A stretch of DNA of 64,000 bases from Bacteroidota bacterium (lineage in GTDB: Bacteria > Bacteroidota > Bacteroidia > CAILMK01), in contig JAWXCF010000074.1 of the NCBI GenBank assembly GCA_034440515.1, forward strand, positions 762-64,761. The letters run 5' to 3'. Both the position numbers and the translations under genes were made by a program. Below the pieces are notes generated by a model that searched no databases, had not been told where the DNA came from, and worked only from the letters and a program-made list of their open reading frames with translations. Below are positions 9,063-16,413 of the stretch, one piece after another (position 1 is the first letter of the stretch; each line of letters begins with the position of its first letter).

Positions 9063-10319
9063 TTATATTGATAAAACTTGCAATAACTTAGGATTTTTCT
9101 CAGCATATAAGCCTTTCTCTAGTTTGGCTTTGATTTCTATAAATGTATCTACAGTGTATTTTACATCTTCAAGTGAGTGAGAAGCCGTAGGTATTAACCT
9201 TAACATTATTTCACCACGTGGAATAACAGGATACACAACTGGAGAGCAAAATAAGTTATAATTTTCTCTAAGATCAATAACTAAATTAATGGCTTCGTTT
9301 TCAGTTCCACTTAAGAAAACTGGAGTTACAGGTGTATTAGTTATGCCAATATTCATTCCATTTTCTCTTAGTCCAGACTGTAAAGCATTTACAATAGTCC
9401 ACAACTGTGTACGTAATTCTGGTCTGCTTCTCAATATTTCTAAACGCTTTAAGTCACCAATTACCAAAGGCATTGGAAGTGATTTTGCAAATATCTGCGA
9501 ACGCATATTGTACCTTAGATAGTCAATTACCATTTTATCGCCTGCTACAAAAGCACCAATACTAGCCATAGATTTAGCAAAAGTGCTAAAGTATAGGTCA
9601 ATACCATCTTGTGAATGTTGTTCTTCACCAGTACCAGCACCAGTTTCACCTAATGCACCAAATCCGTGTGCATCATCAACAAATAATCTGAAATCGTATT
9701 TCTTTTTAAGCTCTATTATTTCTTTAATTTTACCTTGGGTACCTCTCATTCCAAATACACCCTCAGTAATTACCAAGATACCTCCAAGTTTGGCGTCAAT
9801 CATTTTATTGGCGCGTTGCAATTGCTTTTCTAGAGATTCTATATCGTTATGAGAATAAGTAAATCTTTTACCTTGGTGCAACCTTACTCCGTCTATAATA
9901 CAAGCGTGTGACTCAGCATCATATATAACTATGTCGTGTCTAGACAACATACTATCTATAATAGATACACAACCTTGGTAACCGTAATTAAGTAGGTAAG
10001 CACTTTCTTTCTGTACAAAGCTTGCTAATTCAACCTCTAACTGTTCGTGATAATCAGAGTTTCCACTCATCATTCTGGCACCCATAGGGTAACCATTGCC
10101 AAATTGAGCTGCAGCCTCAGCATCTACTTTTCTCACCTCTGGGTCATTAGCTAAACCTAAATAATTGTTTAGACTCCACACTAATTTTTCGCTGCCTCTA
10201 AACTTCATTCTCGGCCCTATTTCACCCTCTAATTTCGGGAATGTAAAATAACCATCTAGAGCCTCAGCATATTGACCTAGTGGTCCTTTATTTGTCTTTA
10301 ATCTGTTGTAAATATCCAT
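9063..10319 (-). CDS. Alpha-oxoamine synthase family PLP enzyme (Kbl/BioF/Spt-like acyltransferase)
   Basis: DDAHGFG and STFAKS (PLP lysine) motifs, 418 aa. Substrate cannot be assigned from sequence alone. Confidence 0.85.
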   Translation of the reverse strand: MDIYNRLKTNKGPLGQYAEALDGYFTFPKLEGEIGPRMKFRGSEKLVWSLNNYLGLANDPEVRKVDAEAAAQFGNGYPMGARMMSGNSDYHEQLEVELASFVQKESAYLLNYGYQGCVSIIDSMLSRHDIVIYDAESHACIIDGVRLHQGKRFTYSHNDIESLEKQLQRANKMIDAKLGGILVITEGVFGMRGTQGKIKEIIELKKKYDFRLFVDDAHGFGALGETGAGTGEEQHSQDGIDLYFSTFAKSMASIGAFVAGDKMVIDYLRYNMRSQIFAKSLPMPLVIGDLKRLEILRSRPELRTQLWTIVNALQSGLRENGMNIGITNTPVTPVFLSGTENEAINLVIDLRENYNLFCSPVVYPVIPRGEIMLRLIPTASHSLEDVKYTVDTFIEIKAKLEKGLYAEKNPKLLQVLSI

Positions 10320-10353
10320 AGTTTAACCTAATATATTTAGTCTTACTAATTGG

Positions 10354-10361
10354 CAAAAGTA
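10354..10361 (-). promoter_or_regulatory. Putative -7 box for the alpha-oxoamine synthase gene
   Basis: Minus strand TACTTTTG; start 35 nt downstream. Confidence 0.4.
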
Positions 10362-10435
10362 CGGCTAACTCACTTAATTAAAATTACGTGCGTATAATAA
10401 ATGGAATATTTTATCCACCACAGCAAATATTATTT

Positions 10436-10443
10436 TAATTTTG
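10436..10443 (+). promoter_or_regulatory. Putative -7 box for bamD
   Basis: TAATTTTG overlaps the track's TTG start at 10441. This argues for a downstream start. Confidence 0.35.
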
Positions 10444-11256
10444 TACATTAATTCAACATTGCAAATACGCCAGTTTTTCATATTATTTCTTAGTTTTCTT
10501 ATTCTAATGTCTTGCGATCCTGTTCAAAAGATATTGAAAAGCGAAAACCCTGCTTATAAAGTTGCCGCAGCTGATAAATACTTTGAACGAGGTAAATATT
10601 CTCAAGCTGCCCAAATATATGAAGATGTTCTAAAGTACTTTAGAGGTAGTCAACAGGCTGAAGATGTGTATTATAGAATGGCCTATTCCCATTTTAAAGA
10701 GGGGCAAAATGGATTATCACAAATTGAATTTAAGAATTTTCTAGAGAGTTACCCATTGAGTCTAAAAACAGAGGATGCTTTATACTATTACGCACAAACC
10801 CTAGTTAACCAGTCACCTCAAGTAGATTTAGACCAATCGCCAACAGAATTGGCGATAAGTGGATTACTACTATTTGTGGATAGATTTCCAGAAAGTAGCC
10901 ATATTGAAGAAATTAATAAGACTATAGATAGACTTAGGGTAAAAGTTGAGACAAGAGAATATAACAATTCCCTGATATATTACAAGATTTTAAACTACCG
11001 TGGTGCAGTTTATGCCCTTAGAAATTATTTAATTGATTATCCCGGAAGTAAAAATAGAGAATACGTAGAATATTTGATTGTAAAATCAAATTATGAATAT
11101 GCTGAGAATTCTGTAAATGCAAAGAAAAATGAAAGGTATAACAACACCATTCAAGCATATATAGAGTTTGAAGAAAGATTTCCAAGTAGTAGCTATTTAA
11201 TAGAGGCTAAGAAAGTAAAAGAATTGGCACAAGCCAGATTGCTTGAACTTAAATAA
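10441..11256 (+). CDS. bamD: Outer membrane protein assembly factor BamD (YfiO, TPR lipoprotein)
   Basis: Lipoprotein signal ending LILMSC and TPR-like repeats. Track start is TTG at 10441; a -7 box overlaps it, so the in-frame TTG at 10459 (MQIRQFFILF...) may be the real start. Confidence 0.8.
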   Translation: MYINSTLQIRQFFILFLSFLILMSCDPVQKILKSENPAYKVAAADKYFERGKYSQAAQIYEDVLKYFRGSQQAEDVYYRMAYSHFKEGQNGLSQIEFKNFLESYPLSLKTEDALYYYAQTLVNQSPQVDLDQSPTELAISGLLLFVDRFPESSHIEEINKTIDRLRVKVETREYNNSLIYYKILNYRGAVYALRNYLIDYPGSKNREYVEYLIVKSNYEYAENSVNAKKNERYNNTIQAYIEFEERFPSSSYLIEAKKVKELAQARLLELK

Positions 11257-11290
11257 AATACAAATAACTAAAAATAAGTAACTTAATATA

Positions 11291-11623
11291 ATGAATATTC
11301 CATCATTTTTACCGACAGAGGTAACCAGTAGAGATTTAAGAGACATTGAAAATCCTACTGCAAATATTTACGAGTCTATAGTTGTGATATCTAAGCGTGC
11401 AAATCAAATTTCTGCTGAAATTAAAGAAGAATTGACTTCTAAATTAAGTGAATTTGCACCTGCTACAGATAACTTAGATGAGGTATTTGAAAATCGTGAG
11501 CAAATAGAAATAAGCACTTATTATGAAAAGTTGCCTAAAGCTAGCATCATTTCAACTGAAGAGTTTCTTGCAGATAAGACCTACTTTAGAAATCCGAATA
11601 AAGAAAGCCAGCAGGATTTCTAG
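11291..11623 (+). CDS. rpoZ: DNA-directed RNA polymerase omega subunit (Bacteroidota type)
   Basis: Omega-like helix ANIYESIVVISKRANQIS, and the conserved position between bamD and coaBC. Confidence 0.7.
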   Translation: MNIPSFLPTEVTSRDLRDIENPTANIYESIVVISKRANQISAEIKEELTSKLSEFAPATDNLDEVFENREQIEISTYYEKLPKASIISTEEFLADKTYFRNPNKESQQDF

Positions 11624-11631
11624 TATTCATT

Positions 11632-12162
11632 ATGAATATATTATTAGGTGTATGTGGTAGTATAGCTGCCTATAAGTCTGCACAAATAGTTAGAGAGTTT
11701 ATAAAAGCTAAAGATGAGGTGAAAGTCATTATGACCAAATCTAGCACAGACTTTATTACACCTCTTACTCTAAGCACCCTAAGTAAGAACCCTGTTTATA
11801 CAGATATGTATAATAGTAAAACAGGTGAATGGGTAAATCACGTTCAATTAAGTGATTGGGCAGATGTGTATATTATTGCACCATTGTCTGCAAATACACT
11901 AGCCAAATTGGCAGCCGGTCTATGCGATAATTTAATGATGGCAACATACTTAAGTTGCATTTGCCCTGTTGTAGTTGCTCCCGCTATGGATCGTGATATG
12001 TTTTTGCACGCGGCCACACAAAATAATTTAAAGACCATAGAGAGTTATGGGAATTTAATAATTCCACCAGAAGAAGGAGAATTAGCTAGTGGATTGGTTG
12101 GTGTAGGTAGAATGGCAGAGCCTATAGATATATATGCATATATCAACAAATTATTTGTCTAA
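11632..12162 (+). CDS. coaC: Phosphopantothenoylcysteine decarboxylase domain (CoaC half of CoaBC)
   Basis: Flavoprotein motifs GVCGSIAAYKS and PAMDRDMF. Ends at TAA 12160-12162, in frame with the following CoaB ORF. Confidence 0.85.
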   Translation: MNILLGVCGSIAAYKSAQIVREFIKAKDEVKVIMTKSSTDFITPLTLSTLSKNPVYTDMYNSKTGEWVNHVQLSDWADVYIIAPLSANTLAKLAAGLCDNLMMATYLSCICPVVVAPAMDRDMFLHAATQNNLKTIESYGNLIIPPEEGELASGLVGVGRMAEPIDIYAYINKLFV

Positions 12163-12168
12163 AGTATT

Positions 12169-12828
12169 GTGGGGCAGTTATCTGAAAAACGGATTTTAAT
12201 TACAGCTGGTCCTACACAAGAACCAATTGATCCTGTTCGCTATATTAGTAATAGAAGTTCAGGTAAAATGGGATTGGCGTTAGCCTATAGTGCCATTAGC
12301 TTAGGAGCAGAGGTAAAATTAATACTTGGTCCGATAGCAATTAAACCCGAAACTAATAATAAACTGAAAATTTACGATGTGGTAACTGCAGAAGAAATGT
12401 TAGCAAAGGTTAAGGAAACATTTAAAGATGCAGATTTGATTATAATGTCAGCAGCAGTAAGCGATTTTAAAGTAAGTGAGCAGTCTTTAGTAAAAATAAA
12501 AAAGTCATTTGAAGAAGATTCTATGACTTTACACTTAATAAAGAACCCAGACATACTAAAATGGTGTTCTGATAATAAGCAGTTCCATCAAATAGTTGTT
12601 GGATTTGCACTAGAGACTGATAATGCATTAATTAACGCTAAAAAAAAAATAAATAGAAAAGGTTGCGATTGGCTGGTTTTAAATACTTTGGAAAATGAAA
12701 AAGCAGGTTTTGCTCTTGATACAAACCATATAAGCATACTTAAAAAAACTGGTGAAGTATTTAACTTTACAGCAAAATCTAAAACTGATGTTGCAAGCGA
12801 TATATTTCAGACGATATTAAATAATTAA
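12169..12828 (+). CDS. coaB: Phosphopantothenate--cysteine ligase domain (CoaB half of CoaBC)
   Basis: ITAGPTQEPIDPVRYISNRSSGKMG, AAVSDF, KNPDIL. GTG start, same frame as the CoaC ORF. Confidence 0.85.
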   Translation: MGQLSEKRILITAGPTQEPIDPVRYISNRSSGKMGLALAYSAISLGAEVKLILGPIAIKPETNNKLKIYDVVTAEEMLAKVKETFKDADLIIMSAAVSDFKVSEQSLVKIKKSFEEDSMTLHLIKNPDILKWCSDNKQFHQIVVGFALETDNALINAKKKINRKGCDWLVLNTLENEKAGFALDTNHISILKKTGEVFNFTAKSKTDVASDIFQTILNN

Positions 12829-12877
12829 AACTATAAGAAACATATTTACATTACTTTCACAGCGACACTGCGTAATT

Positions 12878-13786
12878 ATGCGACTCATTATAGTTTTTTC
12901 CCTTTTTTCATTCCTTTTTGCAGGTCAACTTTCTGCACAAGAGTTAAACTGTAAGGTACAGATACTTAATCCCCAAATTCAATTGACTAATAAAGACATA
13001 TTGATAAATTTGCAAGGAAGTATTATAGACTTTCTTAATACAAAACGCTGGACAAATGAGACCTACACTCCTGCTGAGAAAATAGAATGTAACATACTAA
13101 TAACCCTTACCGTAGCAGATCAAAATTCTGGTCAGTTGTCTGGCAGCATACAAGTTAGTGCCTCAAGACCTGTGTATGGTACCAGTTACATTAGCAATTC
13201 ATTCTTAATATTAGATAAAAACTTCAATATCAACTATCAAGCATCACAGCAATTGATATATACAGAAGGCGTATATAATAATGAGTTGACTACCCTACTT
13301 GCATTTTATGCTTATACAATTATTGGTTATGATGCAGATACCTATACTGAATATGGCGGTACTCCATATTTTCAAAAGGCGATGAATATAGTAAATAGTG
13401 CCCAAAGTTCTGGCGCTGATGGTTGGAATGCTCTTGAGAAGAATGAAAGGAATCGCTACCATATTGCATTTGATCTAAATAATGAACAATACAGACCAAT
13501 TCGCAAAGCTCTATACATTTATTATAGAAAAGGCTTGGACCTAATGGCAGAGGATAATGTAAAAGGTTTGCAAGCTGTGGTAGAGAGTGTACAGTTGTTA
13601 AAAGATAGCAGAAGGCAATTCCCAAATGTTGCAATAAATAAGATATTTTTTGAATCTAAGTGGTTAGAGATAATAGATTTGTTTACCCAGGCTGATCCTG
13701 AAATTAGATGTAAAGCCAGAACCTTACTTATGGAAACAGATATAGTAAATGCCAACAGATATGGGGATAGAATTCCAGCCTGCTAA
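12878..13786 (+). CDS. DUF4835 family protein (annotated in some databases as T9SS PorD)
   Basis: Signal peptide, about 300 aa, and the conserved position between coaBC and recN. Family recalled from memory. Confidence 0.6.
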   Translation: MRLIIVFSLFSFLFAGQLSAQELNCKVQILNPQIQLTNKDILINLQGSIIDFLNTKRWTNETYTPAEKIECNILITLTVADQNSGQLSGSIQVSASRPVYGTSYISNSFLILDKNFNINYQASQQLIYTEGVYNNELTTLLAFYAYTIIGYDADTYTEYGGTPYFQKAMNIVNSAQSSGADGWNALEKNERNRYHIAFDLNNEQYRPIRKALYIYYRKGLDLMAEDNVKGLQAVVESVQLLKDSRRQFPNVAINKIFFESKWLEIIDLFTQADPEIRCKARTLLMETDIVNANRYGDRIPAC

Positions 13787-13802
13787 GTCCTGAAATCAAT
13801 TT

Positions 13803-15461
13803 ATGCTGTTAAGTCTAAAAATTCAGAATTACGCTTTAATTAAAGATTTAGAAATAGATTTTTCTTCTGGATTAATAACTATAACAGGAGAAACAGGAGC
13901 GGGTAAATCAATCATAATTGGTGCAATTGGTTTACTATCTGGTAATAGGGCTGAAACTTCTGTAATGCGATATGCTGATAAAAAGTGTGTGGTGGAGGGT
14001 ACTTTTAGTATTGCCAACTATAATTTACAAGGTATATTTTTAGAACACGACTTAGACTATGAGGAAATTTCCCTAATAAGACGTGAAATATCTACAGGTG
14101 GCAGATCAAGATCATTTATTAATGATACACCTGTCAATCTGATAGTGCTTAAGGCAATCACCGACCAATTAATAGATGTGCACAGTCAAAGGCATATAGC
14201 ACAATTAATGGATATTAATTATCAAATAGAAATTGTTGATATATATGCAGGTAACGGGCATTTATTAGAGGAATATAAGTTGATATTGACAGAATTGAAA
14301 AAGACAAGTTTTGAACTTAGAAAACTTGAAGCTAGTACCTTAGAAGCAAAAAAGGAGCTAGATTATAACGAATTTCAGTATAATGAATTATCTAAACTGA
14401 ACATTCAGGATAAAGAGTTAGAACAGTTAGAAGAGGAGCAAACAACTCTTTCTAATGCAGGCAATATTCTTAATCAATTAAATAGTATCAATGATAGCTT
14501 GGCAAATGATGAGCAGAGCATAATCAACCAATTGTCTCAAAACTTAAGGCTAAGCCAGAGTTTAGTAGGGATTAATTCAAACTTAGCTGACATTTATAAT
14601 CGAATTAACTCACAATGGCTTGAGTTAAAAGAATTGAATTCAGACATTAGCAATTACGCTGACTCAATTAATGCTGATGATAATAAGTTGATTCTAATAG
14701 ATGAACGACTGACCAATATTTATGCTTTATATCAAAAGCACCAAATTAATTCATTCGCTGAATACTTAGAGAAAATTCAGTATTTCGAAGGGAAAATCAA
14801 ACAGATAGAAAGTATTGACGATCAATTTATTGAACTAAAAGATAGTCAACGTGCCAGCAAGACGAAACTTGTTGCTTTAGCTGAGCGCTTGCACAGTACT
14901 CGTGAACATTCTGCTAAGCTTTTAAGTGAAGAGATGGTCACACGATTAAAGCAAATTGGAATACCAGACGCTCAAATACAATTAGAATTTAGCCTAACTA
15001 AGGAAGTACGAGAAAATGGACTTGATAATTTAAAGTTTTTATTTTCTGCAAATAAAGGTATTGGTCTAGATGACGTTGTGAAAGTAGCTAGTGGAGGAGA
15101 AATGTCTAGGATAATGTTGGTGATAAAAGCAATATTGAGTGACAAAATCTCATTACCAACCATCATATTTGATGAAATAGATACTGGCATATCAGGTACT
15201 GTAAGTGTAAAAGTAGGTGAAATGATGAAAAAAATGGCCATAGGTAAGCAAGTTTTTGCCATAACCCACCAACCGCAAGTAGCAGCAAAAGGAAATTCTC
15301 AATATCGGGTCTATAAAGACAGTACAGGTAACTCATCAGCTACCTATATCAAAGAGTTAAATGATAATGAGCGTATTATTGAAATTGCTAATATGATATC
15401 AGGTCAAGTAGATAATTTAGCTGCACAAGAAAGTGCTAGGCAATTATTAGCTGCTGTTTAG
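13803..15461 (+). CDS. recN: DNA repair protein RecN
   Basis: Walker A GETGAGKS, long coiled-coil, signature SGGE, Walker B IIFDEIDTG. Confidence 0.92.
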   Translation: MLLSLKIQNYALIKDLEIDFSSGLITITGETGAGKSIIIGAIGLLSGNRAETSVMRYADKKCVVEGTFSIANYNLQGIFLEHDLDYEEISLIRREISTGGRSRSFINDTPVNLIVLKAITDQLIDVHSQRHIAQLMDINYQIEIVDIYAGNGHLLEEYKLILTELKKTSFELRKLEASTLEAKKELDYNEFQYNELSKLNIQDKELEQLEEEQTTLSNAGNILNQLNSINDSLANDEQSIINQLSQNLRLSQSLVGINSNLADIYNRINSQWLELKELNSDISNYADSINADDNKLILIDERLTNIYALYQKHQINSFAEYLEKIQYFEGKIKQIESIDDQFIELKDSQRASKTKLVALAERLHSTREHSAKLLSEEMVTRLKQIGIPDAQIQLEFSLTKEVRENGLDNLKFLFSANKGIGLDDVVKVASGGEMSRIMLVIKAILSDKISLPTIIFDEIDTGISGTVSVKVGEMMKKMAIGKQVFAITHQPQVAAKGNSQYRVYKDSTGNSSATYIKELNDNERIIEIANMISGQVDNLAAQESARQLLAAV

Positions 15462-15520
15462 TTTATTTGTAATTAACAGTTATTTTTACCCCAATATCTT
15501 AATTCAATAAATATTTAATT

Positions 15521-16336
15521 ATGTCAAATAATATTTTATCTGGTAAAACAGGTATCATTTTCGGCGCATTAGACGAAAAATCAATCGCTTGGAAAGTTGC
15601 CCTAAAGGCACACGAAGAAGGTGCAAAGTTTATATTAACCAACACAGCTTTAGCCCTTAGATTAGGTTCATTAAATAAATTAGCTGAGGAAACCTCTTCT
15701 AAAATAGTTCCTGCAGATGTTACAGTCGTAGTAGAACTTGAGAATCTTTTCACAGCTGCAAAAGAAGAGTTTGGTAAAGTAGATTTTGTATTACATTCTG
15801 TTGGAATGTCTATGAATATCAGAAAAAATAATCCTTTTACTGCTCTAAATTATGACTTTATGATGAAAACTTTAGACATATCTGCTGTATCACTTCATAA
15901 AGTATTGCAAACTGCTTTGAAACTAGATGCTATTGCACAAGGGGGTAGCGTAGTTGCACTTACATATATAGCTGCGCAAAAAGTATTTCCAGATTATTCT
16001 GAGATGAGCCAAGCTAAAGCTTTGTTAGAGAGTATCGTTCGCAGTTTTGGCTACCACTATGGCACTACTAAAGGGGTTAGAATAAATTCTGTTAGCCAAA
16101 GTCCTACAGTAACTACTGCAGGAAGTGGAGTAAGTGGTTTTGATGCATTTATAGATTATGCTGAGAAAATGAGCCCGCTTGGTAATGCTACTGCCGAAGA
16201 TTGCGCAAACTATTGTATTAGTTTATTTAGCGACTACACTAAAATGGTGACTATGCAAAACTTGTATCACGATGGAGGATTCTCTATGATGGGTGTAAGT
16301 GAGCAAGTTATGCAAAAATTTGGAACTCAAGTATAA
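15521..16336 (+). CDS. fabI: Enoyl-[acyl-carrier-protein] reductase (NADH), FabI type
   Basis: GALDEKSIAW N-terminal motif and Y-x6-K (YSEMSQAK), 271 aa. Confidence 0.85.
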   Translation: MSNNILSGKTGIIFGALDEKSIAWKVALKAHEEGAKFILTNTALALRLGSLNKLAEETSSKIVPADVTVVVELENLFTAAKEEFGKVDFVLHSVGMSMNIRKNNPFTALNYDFMMKTLDISAVSLHKVLQTALKLDAIAQGGSVVALTYIAAQKVFPDYSEMSQAKALLESIVRSFGYHYGTTKGVRINSVSQSPTVTTAGSGVSGFDAFIDYAEKMSPLGNATAEDCANYCISLFSDYTKMVTMQNLYHDGGFSMMGVSEQVMQKFGTQV

Positions 16337-16355
16337 TTAACTAACTCATAACCAT

Positions 16356-16392
16356 AAAAAAAAGCTCACTTAATTAAATTAGGTGAGCTTTT
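16356..16392. terminator. Bidirectional terminator between fabI and clpC
   Basis: Stem AAAAGCTCAC / GTGAGCTTTT with a 13-nt loop. An A-run lies on one side and a T-run on the other. Confidence 0.7.
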
Positions 16393-16413
16393 CTATTTAT
16401 TAGGAATTCTTAT

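Noticed and set aside
9038-9072. Near-tandem duplication CCCTAATTATATTGAT / CCTAATTAGTTATATTGAT between dapA and the alpha-oxoamine synthase stop.
   Set aside because: It is only two imperfect copies of about 16-19 bp in AT-rich DNA, and it overlaps a stop codon. There is no hairpin potential and no further copies that I noticed. Most likely a slippage scar or chance.
10421-10429. DnaA-box-like TTATCCACC upstream of bamD, and the 319-bp gap next to dnaB (19042-19360) as a possible oriC.
   Set aside because: It is a single imperfect box. The dnaB-proximal gap has no cluster of TTATCCACA-like 9-mers and no obvious AT-rich 13-mer array beyond the general AT richness. dnaA is not in the window.
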